From Octopus sinensis (taxonomy: Eukaryota): a DNA stretch of 64,000 nucleotides. The notes beneath the pieces are model-generated. The model was not told the DNA's origin and searched no databases. It was given only the letters and a program-made list of their open reading frames with translations. Position 1 is the stretch's first letter; every line of letters starts with the position of its first letter. A program made the translations under genes and the position numbers. The stretch lies in the NCBI RefSeq assembly GCF_006345805.1, contig NW_021834793.1, positions 1 to 64,000 on the forward strand. The letters are read 5' to 3'. This document shows positions 15,811 to 61,712 of this stretch, one piece after another.

Positions 15811-16459
15811 AATAACTAAGTCTCTCTAAAAGAGAACAGCGGCAGCGTTCCCGGAAAATAATAGTTATCGCCATACTAATATGGCATTCTTATAAAAATA
15901 AGAAAAAAGCTGTCCGCTTATTAGCTCCATGAGGCCATCGCCTTAAGTTAGCTATTTGATACACAAACTGTATCCATATAACCTTCGAACAAGGGAGGTC
16001 AGTCGCTCCACCATATTAGTATGGCGATAACTATTATTTTCCGGGAACGCTGCCGCTGTTCTCTTTTAGAGAGACTTAGTTATTTTAATATTTCTATTAT
16101 TGAAAACAAGTGGATGTATTCCACCGAAACTAGGTAAATAAAACCATCGAACAGAGATTGTCGGAAGCGACACCTACTGGCTGACTACGCTGCATTGAAA
16201 AGGGGCAATACTCCGAAACGCGTCTGTAGCTGCCGGTCAAGTGGTGTGGAGCGACTGACCTCCCTTGTTCGAAGGTTATATGGATACGGTTTGTGTATCA
16301 AATAGCTAACTTAAGGCGATGGCCTCATGGAGCTAATAAGCGGACAGCTTTTTTCTTATTTTTATAAGAATACCATATTAGTATGGCGATAACTATTATT
16401 TTCCGGGAACGCTGCCGCTGTTCTCTTTTAGAGAGACTTAGTTATTTTAATATTTCTAT

Positions 16460-16462
<3 letters not shown>
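15811..16462 (+). mobile_element. Non-autonomous Penelope/retrozyme-like element: 201 bp inverted segment plus a 362 nt unit with 91 bp direct terminal repeats
   Basis: 15811-16011 is the reverse complement of 16246-16446; 16010-16100 = 16372-16462; (TA)n on both sides; internal hammerhead. Confidence 0.88.
16176..16237 (+). ncRNA. Minimal type I hammerhead ribozyme, U3-A8 core variant
   Basis: actggc tgactac gctgca TTGAAAA gggg caata ctcc GAAA cgcg TC tgtagc t gccggt. Bulged stem I, stem II, palindromic ACGCGT stem III, GUC triplet at 16222-16224. Confidence 0.8.
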
Positions 16463-16532
<70 letters not shown>

Positions 16533-16707
16533 TACATATATATATGTATATATATATACATATATATATGTACATATATATACATATATATATATGTACA
16601 TATATATACATATATATATATGTACATATATATACATATATATATATATGTACATATATATACATATATACATATGTACATATATATACATATATACATA
16701 CATATAT

Positions 16708-18190
16708 ATCTCTCCTCATCCATCCGTAGTACATGATCATACCAATGCAAATGTCTCTCTTGCATGCCACATCCTATGCTTCTTATGTCCAACATTTCTC
16801 TCGGGGCGCTTGAACTCTGTCACCCCTACTGGGTGAACATTTGGCAGGCTCTCCCTCCTCCCATTCATTGTCCACATTCAGCAGTCTTTCATATTGGCTT
16901 CTCCAAGCCTCTTTCTTTTCTGAATCATTAAAAGCAAGTGCACCATCATCCATGCTGACACATTTCTCTCCTGTGACATCACAATTTTCTCTTACACACT
17001 GTCTTGCAATCCGAAACACCTCAGTTCTTTGGTCCTCACATCGCTGGACATTGGCAAACCTCTTCTTTTCCACTTCGCCCTTGACTATATATACCTGCTG
17101 CCCAGCCTCACATTTGACTACCTGGTACAGTTCCCTGCTACCCCACCCCTTCCAGGCTTTCCAGGCCTGTTTCTTTGCTCTAATGGCATTGTCTACCATA
17201 CTATTCCACCACCATGTAACTCTAGGTCTGGAAGGGATTTTGCGCCATCCGCAGACTTGGTCTGTGGCACTCAGCAAGCTGTCCCCTAGGAATTTCCAGC
17301 TACCTTCAATGTCTGATGTCTGCAGCTCCTCCCCCCTCTCCTCAAATTTCTTGATGAGGATGTCCCTCAATCTCTGACCATGTGAAGGGTTCTTTACCTA
17401 CCAAATCCTTTTTTGGATTTGTCTGTATCTTGGTATCCTTCTGGCCTCAAGCCTAAAGTCACTAATGACTAGCCTGTGCTGGGAGGTACATTCTTCACCC
17501 GGAGGGTATTTGCATTTAAGAGCAACCCTGCGTCCCACTGTCTGGTGAGGATGAAATCAATCTGGCTAGCAGAGTCCCCTGATTGATAGGTTATAAGGTG
17601 GCTGTCTGACTTCCTGAAGTTAGTGTTGCAGATTAAAAGGTTACATGCATCACGGAACTGCAGTAGCCTGGTTCCCTCATCGTTTCGGGTGCCAATACCA
17701 TGGCCATCGTTTACCCCAGTGAAGATACCCGATTCCCACCCAACATGCCCATTAAAGTCTCCAGCCACAAATATGAAGTCATTGCCACTCATCTTTGAGA
17801 TAGCCTGTAGAAGGGTATCATAAAAGTGGTCCTTCTGATCATTTGGTAGCCCTTGCATGTGGGGTGTAGGTGGAGATAATTGTAGCTGTTGTTCTGCTGG
17901 ACTAGTCTGAGCTTAAGCACTCTATCGCATACCCTAAGAACCTCTGTGACCTTATCCACTCATTTCTCCATAAGAAGTATGCCTACACTCCCTACATCAT
18001 CCATGTTACCTTGCCAGAAGACTTTATACCTTTATACCTTGCCTATGAGGACCCTAGCTGAAGCTCCTCTCCATCTTACCTTTTGTATGCAGCATACATC
18101 GACCCATCTCCTTTCAAGCATCTCTACAATCTCACTAGACCTACCTTTCAGTGCGCCAACATTGACAGTGCCAACTCTGAAAACTGGGAA
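16708..18190 (-). mobile_element. RTE LINE fragment (APE domain plus linker) with an internal deletion of the RT core
   Basis: VAGDFNGHVG, SQIDFIL, TWWWN, then a jump near 16823 to [14 protein letters not shown]. Confidence 0.88.
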
Positions 18191-18239
18191 GAGAATGTGG
18201 GGGGAGGTTTGGCAGGAGGGATGTTATTCAGTGCCTGAA

Positions 18240-19767
18240 AGATACTGAAAAACCTATTGTGATCCTTTTATTATGAATTATCTTATTATATCTATTTTCC
18301 TCATCGAAATGCTTAAATAGAGATCTGTAAAAAAGCTTAACTAAATTCATTGTTATTTTTCTTGCATAAGGAATAATAAACCAAATATAATTATCATTTA
18401 TAGAATTAACAGCATTATGTGTATCTGGACTGACATATGGGGTATACTTTTTAGTCTTAAATTTAAGCCTATTTTCATACAGAATATTATAATTGCTACA
18501 CTTATTCTTATTAATCTTATTACTATTATTAACCATATTATTTTTATTATGAATATCATTATTTTCATAATATATGTTTAGCGTATCAACATTATTGGTA
18601 TTTGTTCAAGAACTTGCATTTACACTATATTTCATTCCTCGCGTACATAGGTTATCCTTAAATTCAGTAATGGCTAATTTATTAGTTACCTCATCGGCCT
18701 TATTAGCATTTTAATATTTTTATGAGATTTACTACTTTTAATCATCTTACACACATTTCCACTATTAGATCTACACATTCCATTGTCAACCAATTTACCA
18801 TTATTATAATATTTATTATAGTTTTCATTTTTATTACAATATACAATCTTATGCATGTATCCCGCATTTTTAAGGGCAACATTATAATATTCTGCATTAT
18901 TGTTAAAAATTTCCTCATTAGAAGATAAAATATGAAACACCTAAAATATTGTTAACTAAAGTTTGTGTAATTGCTTTAGGATGATTACTATTAAAGTTAA
19001 TATATTTCAAATTATTGTTAGGTTTATGGTATGGCCTATATTGTCCAGTAACAAGGTTCAGATTAACATGTAAGTAATTAACAGAATCATGTCCATTTTC
19101 AATAGAAATAGACAAACCAAATCTTTTAAAAACAGTATCGAATATTTTCATATACAAATCCAATTTCGTGTTTGAAAGACTATTAATGATAAACAGCATA
19201 TCATCTTTCTAGAGTCCACCTGTAATATCTGGAAATTCATTAAAATGAAATAAGATGTATATACCTACTAGATCAGTAACCTGTGTAGAACCAGTCGATC
19301 CCACATCAAAAAAATCATTTGTAATTTCTCAAGCCCAGTACTTATTGGCAAATAAAATAATAGATTTTTGAGCTTTCAAAATTACTTTAATTTCTTTAAA
19401 ACTAAGGTTAAAATTTTTCCTAGCAAATAAACAGGCGTTATTGAGCACCATAAAAAATATTTGTCTTGAGTGTAAATTGTATCACTATATTCATAGTTAA
19501 ATTTAAATTATAAGTTTTAAGTACGCTATCTTCATTATATTAAATGATTATATATATATTGAATTATTTAATAAATAATAATAATAATAAATGAATAATT
19601 TCGTATAATGCCATATCATGGATGATCAAAAACTTTTCTATTGTAAGTACATATTTCCAGCTATTTTTCTGTAGGTAATTGATTTATAAATATATATAAA
19701 CTTTGATTTACAGAGATATTTTTTCCTCTGATAAACTAAGTTATTTAGTATTTTGTACTATGAATAT
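18240..19767 (-). mobile_element. Degenerate AT-rich Penelope-like RT fragment (second PLE lineage)
   Basis: Minus strand FDVGSTGSTQVTDLVGIYIL, GGL*KDDML (YRDD-type), VNYLHVNLNL..YRPYHKPN..YIN..SNHP, ALKNAGY, WF..PY. Confidence 0.75.
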
Positions 19768-20095
19768 TCATCATCATCATTTAATGTCCGCTTTCCATGC
19801 TAGCATGGATTGGATGATTTGACTGAGGACTGGCAAACCAGATGGCTGCACCAGGCTCCAATCTGATCTGGCAGAGTTTCGAAAGCTGGATGCCCTTCCT
19901 AATGCCAACCACTCCAAGAGTGTAGTGGATGCTTTTACGTGCCACCGATGACCAGTCAGGCGGTACTGGCAACGGCCACACTCAAATGGTGCTTTTTATG
20001 TGCCACCTGCACAGGAGTCAGTCCAGCAGCACTGGCAACAACCTCGCTCGATGTTTTGTTCACATGCCACCGGCACAAGTGCCAGTAAGGCAACA
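19768..20095 (-). mobile_element. RTE 3' UTR copy; further minus-strand copies at 22068-22243, 40703-41280, 48427-48700, 63228-63400
   Basis: (CAT)n followed by ccatgctagcatgg...ggatgcccttcc. Confidence 0.8.
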
Positions 20096-21076
20096 CAGGA
20101 ATTAATTGCACATTATCTCATAGCTTAGAGAAATATATATTGTCAGACCAACAATAATGGATTAAATATTTACTCATTCTCAAACTTTTGAGCTCTTTAT
20201 TTTAAGTGGCCAGACATACCCTCTTTGAGCTTGTCCCACCCTTTGTGACTTGGTCATCGAAACTTCTGCAATGGTCAACAATCAACAGCAAGATGAGCCG
20301 AGACAGATTACACTATCCTAAAGGGTGTATGCATGTAACTGGGAACCACATGCAAACTTACACTCCCAATGGAAGTCCAAACATGACTTCCACACCAAAT
20401 AACTTCGGTTACATGACTCTACACCTCAACAGCAAATGACTACAGTTACAGCATCCATGCTATCCAACATGCTTGATCATCTAATGGGGCATTTGTTGAA
20501 TTTGCAGGCTGAATTTTCAGGCCACAGTTAGAAGCATTACTTTGCTAGCTGGATCATTATAAGGCTGACCGTCAAATGTGGTCAGCACTCGTGAGAGATA
20601 TAAACTCGTTGGTCAGAGCTGGCTTAACCCACGCCAAATGAATGCCAATGCAAGTACAGAGCACAAGTAAGGAGAATAAAAAACAAAATTTTCACAGTTC
20701 TATATGCTCTTGGGGACAAAATGACCAATGCCAAAGAAATCGGCATTGAATCAGCAAAGAAAAAACATGACCATGCTAGAATGTCCCACACCAATAACAT
20801 GACAATCAATAATAGATCAATTACAGTGTAATAAAGGATCTCTAAGTAGGGGGTCCGGATGGGTCAGAGAACTACTTACTCTTTATATAAATATGAATAT
20901 ATATCTTAGAATAATTATTATATATAATTATATCTTTTTAAATAACTATACATAAATGTATATTTATTGTGGTACCTATTTAGTTTAATATATTTCATCA
21001 GAAGATTTTCTTTTGAACTTGTATACATATAATGATTTATACAATAATATAAATATAGCCTTACTCTAATTTAGTT

Positions 21077-21810
21077 TACTTGTACTTGTGATGGCGTTCA
21101 CCCAGGGCTGGTTGAGCTGGCTTCTTCTCTGGTCCTCACGGTATCACGAACCATGGCAGCCCACGCTCGATGGTCCTGTGCAAAGTCACTGGAGATAGCA
21201 AGCCATTTGCAGTTCCATCTGTGCAGACCTGAGAGTTCAGAGAGGTCCTCCTTTATCGTTGTTGCCTAGGTCTTCAGCTGCCCACCCGTGCATTTGCACC
21301 AGTTGGGGAGAGGAGAAGGGAGGAGGACATCGCGAATCAACTCACCCTCTGGATGCCGGACTGCATGACCGAACCACCTTAAGCACTGATGTAGAAGCAT
21401 CGAAGGGAGGGGCTGGAGATTCAGGCGATGACAAAGATTGGCTGTAGGAGCCCGATCAATGCGTCGGAGAAAGTCATTGTCGAACACCTCCAGCCTTCGC
21501 TGATCAACTACCCTCATAGGCCATGTTTCACAACCATACAGGATAGTACAAATGCCAGCCTAGTAGATTTGCCCTTTGGTCACCAAGGAGATCTCTCTTC
21601 TGTCCCACAGGCTCTGCTGGAGGCACACAAATGCAGATCTGGCAGCACCTATGTGACGCTCGACCTTGGCTGCGCCCTGGTCTGTTGGAAACACCATTCA
21701 ACCCAGGTAGATGAAGGACTCCACATCCTCCAGCTCGACGCCCTCAAGAACGTTTGGCTGCCAGTCATCTGCTGCGACCAGAGACGTCATCACTTTGGTT
21801 TTGCTGACGG
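21077..21810 (-). mobile_element. 5'-truncated RTE of a different family, (CAAGTA)n tail, 12 bp TSD
   Basis: LEVFDNDFLRRI, LRWFGHAVR, GGQLKT; TSD TCTAATTTAGTT at 21065-21076 and 21811-21822. Confidence 0.85.
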
Positions 21811-22904
21811 TCTAATTTAGTTCCTTCTGAAAAACTAAGTAAAATTATATATTTTTTTAATTTATAGATTATTTTCTCTTTATCTAAGAAATAGTATAGT
21901 TTGTAATTATTGTAGCTTTATGCTTTTGTTTATTGCATTTATGGAGATATTTCCTCTGATAAACTAAGTAAGTTTGTACTTTTTACTTCTTAGTTACTTA
22001 GAATAATGTTTATAGTAGTAAGAATAAATAAATGCGAGCAATTATTATATATTATCATTATATGTAATCATCATCATCATCATCGTCGTTTAACGTCCGT
22101 TCTCCATGCTAGCATGGGTTGGACGGTTCGACCGGGGTTCTGGGAAGCCAGAAGGCTGCACCAGGCTCCAGTCTAATTTGGCAATGTTTCTACAGCTGGA
22201 TGCCCTTCCTAACGCCAACCACTCCGTGAGTGTAGTGGGTGCTTAGTACCTATGATATTTAGTGGATATAGTAAAATTATGTTCTTTTGAACTTGTATAT
22301 AAACATATAAATTTATAGAATAAAAATATTGGATTAACTTAATTTATTTCCTTCTGTTAAACTAAATAAAACTCTGATACTTTATTTATTTATATATTAT
22401 TATCATTATTATGTAAAAAAAATTGGTATGGTTTTATAGTAATCATAACTCTATACATTTGTTTAACATCAGTATATTTGGTAGTAATATACTGAGTGAA
22501 TGAATTGTTGATTAAGAAGTTTTTTATTGAACTTAAGTGTCTGAATTAAATATATCCTTATTTATTTATCTTTTTTCATCATAATATATGGTAATTTTAA
22601 ATAAAATATATTTCCTACTCCACCATAAATTTTTGATATATTATACACTATATAGGTATGGATATTATATTATAAAATGGCCAGTGATTATTTTTGATTA
22701 ATATCATTGGAGATGCATAAGAACATTTTATGGCCGTTGTATATTTTCTTTACTTATTTTATCCATTTGAATTTTGTTGTTCTTTTTATTGTATTTATTA
22801 CGCATTTGAATTATTAACACTCACACTTCTAAACATAGGTATTTTGTGAATCAGTAGTTTTGTGATTTCGCAGTCCTCACATGGAATTTCATCTGTTTTT
22901 TTAA

Positions 22905-22993
22905 CAAAAGCCCTGAAGAGGCTTGTATACATAGATGTGAATTTATTTTATAAATTCACTAGTGTATATGAGTCGAAACATGTTGTTGACTTT
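22905..22993 (+). ncRNA. Hammerhead ribozyme with long stem II and decayed stem I
   Basis: CTGAAGA (22913-22919) ggcttgtataca..gtgaatttat ttt ataaattcac..tgtatatgagtc GAAA catg TT; palindromic ACATGT stem III. Confidence 0.68.
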
Positions 22994-23519
22994 ATATTTG
23001 TTTTTTAAAGATTTGTTGTGTTATATTATATCTTTTTATTGAATATTATAAAGTAAAAAAAATTTTTAGTTTGTCAATTATATTTCTCTATTTCATTATA
23101 TATATATATGTACATACATAGACCTATATATTACACATATACATATGATGTGTGTTTGTGCCTCATTGTCTTGACACCATATGATAGTTATAAATGTCTT
23201 TCATGCTAGCCATGTCCTTTGTTTCCGGTCTTCTGTGAAAATATGTCTGGCCATGAGAAATATTACTTTGGTGAGCATTGATGACTGAGAGGGTATTGTA
23301 CCATAGAAGATCTGCCTCGACAAATGCTGTCCGACCCTTGCCATCATGGAAAAGTGATGGCAGTAAGGATGATTTAATTATGATTGCTCTGTTTAAAATG
23401 TTGACTTATTACCCATCAGCTGGTATTGATTAGATCTACATACCCTTGCACCTCAAATTTATGGTCTTGTAACAATTTTGGATACTATCATTATTATTTG
23501 TATTATTACTTTTAGAGTT

Positions 23520-24182
23520 AGGGTAATGGATTGGCAATATGCCTTGCAAGATTTGGAAATATGCCTTGCAAGATTTGTTCCAACTGTTCTGAGTTCAAAT
23601 CTTGTTGAAATTGAATTTTGCTTTTCATCCTTTCAGGCTGGGTAAAATAAAGTACCAGTCAAGTACTGGAGTTGATGTAATCAAGTAACTCTCTCCCGCG
23701 AGAATTGCTGGCTTTGTACCTAAATTAGAAGCAGTTATAACTTTTAGTATTGCAGATGGTGGAGTATGTAGATTACCAGAAAAAATATCTTGTGGTATTT
23801 AATCTGATCCCTTTAGGTTTTGAGTTTCTTTTGAGAGCCAACTTTATCATTCATCCTCTTGTAATTAGCAATAGTAAGTATCAGTTAAGAACAGGAATCA
23901 ATTAAATATAGGAGCAATTTATTCAATGTTCCCTCTCTCTCTAATGTAAAGCATTGTCACTGGCAGAATCATTAGTATGTTTAACAATCATTAGTATGTT
24001 TGGCATTTCTTCTGGCTCTTTACAACCTCAGTTCAAATTCTTCTGAGGTTGACTTTGCCTTTCATCTTTCTGAAATAAAAATAAATACCAGTCAAGCACT
24101 GTGGTTGATGTAATCTACTAACCCCCTACTCCTAAAATTACTGGCCTTGTGCCAAAATTCGAAGTCATTACTATTATTATTA
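23520..24182 (+). mobile_element. Three degenerate tandem tRNA-derived SINE copies
   Basis: B-box-like gagttcaaat, gcctttcatcctt...aagtaccagtc body, (ATT)n tails; same family as 37675-38728. Confidence 0.65.
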
Positions 24183-25197
24183 CTTTTGTTGTGCTTTTTA
24201 TCTGTAGTTTATCTGTAGTTAAATTCTATGTACCCCTCAGTTTAGCTTTGACTGAACATTACCAGAAATCAAAGGCTTTTCAGCCAACAGCATCCCATCA
24301 ACTTTTTTTTTAATAGTGAATTTTGTGTTTGTGTGTATATAAATGTTTCATGTATTTAACAAGACCCTATGTAGAATGTGTGCAGTGTCTAATAATGATA
24401 TTTCTGAGGAATTATTGCAGATGTTTGATGCCTCTAAACTTTGCAGCATTTTTTTTACAACTTATATTTCAGTTATGTTGGGAACAATTTTTGCATTCAT
24501 TTCCCACATGCTTTATCACTCACTATCTCTAGATCCTAGTATTTCAAATGTTTTCCAACATTTTCTTGAGCAATGTTCTGATCTGAATAAATTGCTGATA
24601 AAAATTCTTTCCTAACTTTGTCTCTAATAATGATAATCACTGTACAGTTTGCTCTCATTTCTTTGTCAGTTTGAATAAGCACATCTCAGAATATTGTTGT
24701 GGTTCTGTCATTCTTCTTTCACAGTTTTTGGTGTTTATGCCATTTGTTATCTTTCTTTGGTAATATTTAAATATTACCCAGTGAACATCATTATTTGTTT
24801 GATTAGACCTGTATTTTGTGAACTAAAACTTGATAATTTAAGACAGTGTAGTTAATTATTTCCTGATGTGCAGTACATAATAACTAATTACTGCCTCTTG
24901 TTCAGTTGGTTATATTTTTGAATAGTTTTTTCTGAATATTCTATTAAGTGGTGTAGTTATAAAGTGTTCTGTTTCAGCTTTTAACTAATAGTTAAAATCT
25001 TAGACAGAAGACTTCTAATTGGTAAACCATTTTCATCTTTCTTTCACTTTTATCTTACTCTTGTTCAGTATTACCAGAGACTGACCTTTTAGGGGTTTAA
25101 CTCCACTCACACACACACACTTGTACTTAAGTCTTACGTTCTTTAAAAGCCTGGAAATTATCTCTAAACTCGAATATACTCAAATAAGGAACATGAA

Positions 25198-25256
<59 letters not shown>

Positions 25257-25282
25257 TCTTTGTTTCTTTTCTGTCTTTGCAG

Positions 25283-57630
<32,348 letters not shown>

Positions 57631-58599
57631 GTAAGCATCTATTTTCAGAAAGGGTGTAGAATTTCAACTGATTGTAAAACTTCCTGTCATATTTTTATTG
57701 ACCGTAAGGACAATATTGTAGAAGCAAAAGGGCAAGCATCTGCTTGATTAATTGCTCAAAAGTCTTGTGTTCAGATCCACTGTAAGCCTGTCATTTTACA
57801 TGTACCTAAGTTTGCTTGAATTAAGGTTATGTAATGCAAAAACGTTTAGGGATTTTGTATGAGATAGATTGTCATACAATCAAGGGGAACATATGTTTTC
57901 TATTTCACAAACCAGAAAGATTTCTAAGGCACATTCACAGTCTTTTTTTTCCTTTTATTTTTATGTCTTTTAATATTATGGAAGCATATTGGCTGTCAGT
58001 TTAAGGAGCTGGGCTACAAGCCACATACAATTGTAATTTCACACCTTACTGCAACCAAGGGATTGTACTACTGAGCAAAGTAAATAATCCTGCTGGCACC
58101 AGTTTAATTTACCGAACCTAATTAGTCTCCCCTCCATCACGGAGTAGTTTGTAATAGGAAGTATATCTCAATAAAAATACAAATGCTTCAACAAGTAAAC
58201 CATCTCATTGATGCAGTCATGGAAAAATAGATGTAAAAATAATTTGTTTTTTTTCTTCGAAAATTGTATTATGTGTTTTCCAACCTTTACATCCTAACAC
58301 AGTGCCAAACAACTTTATCAAGGATACGTTATTATGCCATGTGTTCCTGGCAAAAATAGTTAACTACAGGATGTCTGGGCTAACTTTGACAGTTTGCATA
58401 TAAGGAACAAAAAACAGTATCCTAATCCAAAAATATAAGTGTTTTTAAAAAATAAAAAAGTTTCAATTAGATTATGGCTGAAAGATAATAGTTCACTTAA
58501 ACTAGCTGCCCTCAGCTTCTATCATGGCCTCAAGACAGCTCCTGAACCTGGTGTATGCATTCCTCACTGCATTCCTGGAAAGATCTTTGAACACCTCCT

Positions 58600-59260
58600 T
58601 GATCTTGGCCACCAGCTCAGCCACGACTACAATTTTACTTGACTTGACGGATCTTCTCACACACAGCATATCACCAAAGGTCTCAGTTGCTAGTCATTGC
58701 CTCCATAAAGCCTAAAGTTCGAAGGTCATGCTTCATCACTTTGCCCCACGTCTTCCTGGGTCTACCTCTACCACAGGTTCCCTCCACAGTTAGAAATCAG
58801 CACTTCTATACGTAGCTGTTCTTGTCCATATGCATCATATGACCTTACCAGCACAGTCGTCCCTCTTGCACATCACATCTTATGCCTTTTATGCCTAACT
58901 TTTCTCTCAAGATGCTTACACTCTTTCATGCATGCACACTGACATTGCACATCCAGTGAAGCATACTAGCTTCATTTCTTTCAAGCCTATGCATGTCCTC
59001 AGCTGTCACAGTCCATGTTTCACTGCTGTGTAGCATAGCTGTTGACACACAGGCATCATACAGTCTGCCTTTCACACTGAGGAAAAATCCCATTGTTGCC
59101 AGCAAAGGTAGGAGCTCTCTGAACTTTGCCCAGCCTATTCTTATTCTTGCAGCTCTCAGAGCATCCTCCTCTGCAAATGACTTGGTCACTTAGATAACGG
59201 AAACTATCTACTAGCTCTAGATTATCCCATTGGCAGTTGATGGAGTCTATTTTCTGTACA
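58600..59260 (-). mobile_element. RTE LINE 3' fragment
   Basis: RIRIGWAKFRELLPLL..KGRLYDACV..ETW. Confidence 0.85.
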
Positions 59261-59544
59261 TTTAACTATAATACAGACTACATATAGTTTGTATTATCAC
59301 AACTGTCACATGAAACTGAGTAACAGTTTATGAAAAGTTTTTATTTTTCAGCTTTCATAAAATAGTGTGTGAGTGTATGTGTGTGTGTGTGTATATAGTG
59401 CAGGTATCAGTTAGAGGGGTTTAATACCTCTAAGGGATAATTAAATCCAAAATCGCTCCTGGTTATTACCTGGGTAGGTACAGTCTTTTGTAAGGTTGTA
59501 CAGTAGCAGGTGGTTCAGTTGGTAAACCGTAGTTTAGGTTATGT

Positions 59545-59598
59545 AACTCATGGTTTTCACTGGTATGCCTTAAGGCATACCAGCGAAAACCATGAGTT
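59545..59598. repeat. 54 bp near-perfect palindrome
   Basis: aactcatggttttcactggtatgcctt|aaggcataccagcgaaaaccatgagtt, one mismatch, no spacer. Confidence 0.9.
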
Positions 59599-59621
59599 TC
59601 CCATTGTTATTATATCCATTT

Positions 59622-59665
<44 letters not shown>

Positions 59666-60035
59666 ATATATATTTAGATGGTAAATGTTTTTATTTTTCA
59701 TCCCTTCGATATTTTATCTCAAATAGTGGTCCGTAATTTAACTGTCCATGTAACTCTCTAGCGTGCAGGTAGTCCTATGATGGTTACCTCTTATGTGTTT
59801 AAATGTACACTCTATTTATAGGAATAACATATAGTCTACTGACTTAATGTTTACATGCTAGGCCAATGGTATGGGAAATTTCTAGTATTCCAGATTACCC
59901 TTTGATAATATTAATTACTGATAATTTTTTGGATAATTTCCGAAATGAAAAAGCCGGCATATTTATTTACCACCAACAAGGAGTTGTGCTTGTGCTGTTG
60001 ATTTGAAAAATTAGAATGTATAAAAATTAGAATGT

Positions 60036-61608
60036 ATAACAGAGGAATTCAAGACAGGATGCCCCTGGGAGCTCCTCTATGCTGACGACCTTGCTCTAAT
60101 TGCTGAGTCACTATCAGAACTAGAGGAGAAGTTTCAGGTGTGGAAACAAGGATTAGAATCGAAGGGCCTTAGAGTCAACCTAGCTAAAACCAAAGTCCTA
60201 ATAAGTAGGAAGGCAGGCAAACCACAAATCCTTCAGGTAGTTGACCCTGCTCGATCTGTAGAAAAGGCGTAGGTAGAAAATCTACAAGATGTACCTAATG
60301 TAAGCTATGGACACATAAAAGGTGCAGCAATGTCAAAGGAAGGCTAACTGGGAAGATAGTTTTTGTATGTGGCAGATGCTCAGGAGCAATAAACACTAAA
60401 AATGTGCAGAGAACAACTTCCGCCACATTCCAGGGAAAAAAGTAGTTGATAGCTTCTATTACCTAGGTGACCAAGTCAGTGGCGGGGGAGGATGCACTGA
60501 AAGTGTAGCTGCTAGAATAAGAATAGCCTGGGCAAAGTTCAGAGAGCTCTTACCTCTGCTGGTGACAAAGGGCTTCTCGCTCAGAGTAAATGGTAAACTG
60601 TATGATACGTGTACAAACAGCCAGGCTACATGGCAGTGAAACATGGGCCATGACTGCTGAGGACATGCATAAGCTCGCAAGGAATGAAGCCAGTATGCTC
60701 CGGTGGATGTGTAATGTCACTGTGCATTTTCGACAGAGTGTAAGTACCTTGAGAGAAAAGTTGGACCTAAGAAGCATCAGATGTGGTGTGCAAGAGAGAC
60801 GATTGGGCTGGTATGGCCATGTGGTAAGAATGGATGTAGATAGCTGTGTGAAAAAGTGTCACACTCTAGTGGTTGAGGGAACCTGTGGAAGAGGTAGACT
60901 CAGGAAGACCTGGGATGAGGTGGTGAAGCATGACCTTCGAACATTGGGCCTCACCAAGGTAATGACTAGTGACCAGGACCTTTGGAAATATGCTGTGCTT
61001 GAGAAGACTCGGCAAGCCAAGTGAGACCATAACCTCGTGGCCTATGCCAGGGGTGTAACCATCCCACTTATGCATACCTTTCCTTCATTGGATACTAAAC
61101 TCTGCTTGCGAAGACCTGTTGAGGCAAGTGAAATCAAAATCAAATTTGATGACTGGCATCCATGCTAGTGGAGCGCTAAGAGTACCATCCAAGCATGATC
61201 ATTGCTAGAGCAACAAACTGGTTTCCGTGCCAGTGGCACGTAAAAAGCATTATTTGAGCATGATTGTTACTTGCATCGCCTTACTGGCACTTGTACTGGT
61301 AGCACATGACAAAACATTCAAGTGAGGTCGTTGCCAGTGCCACTGGACTGGCTCCTGTGCATGTGGCACATAAAAAGTGCCATTTGAGCGTGGCCGTTGC
61401 TAGTACCGCATGACTGGCCCTCATGCCAGTGGTACATATAAGCAGCCACTACACTCTTGGAGTTGTTGGCATTAGGAAGGGCATCCAGTTGTAGGAACTC
61501 TGCCAGATCTGATTGGAGCCTGGTGCAGCCATCTGGTTCGCCAGACCTCAGTCAAATCGTCCAATCCATGCTAGCATAGAAAGCAGATGTTAAAAGATGA
61601 TGATGATG
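60036..61608 (+). mobile_element. 5'-truncated RTE LINE nested in the retrozyme-like element
   Basis: WELLYADDL...RLGWYGHV...EKTRQAK*, 3' UTR repeats, (GAT)n tail. Confidence 0.92.
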
Positions 61609-61641
61609 GATTGCCTCGTGTATATATTAATCTAAGGTGTA

Positions 61642-61712
61642 CCTGCTGAAGAAGGCTTCGCCCAGCAAATTATTTTATTTTCTAAAATAAAGTCTGAAAC
61701 CATTGGTCTAGG
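61642..61712 (+). ncRNA. Type I hammerhead ribozyme
   Basis: cctg CTGAAGA aggctt...aagtct GAAA ccattgg TC tagg; GUC at 61706-61708. Confidence 0.75.
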
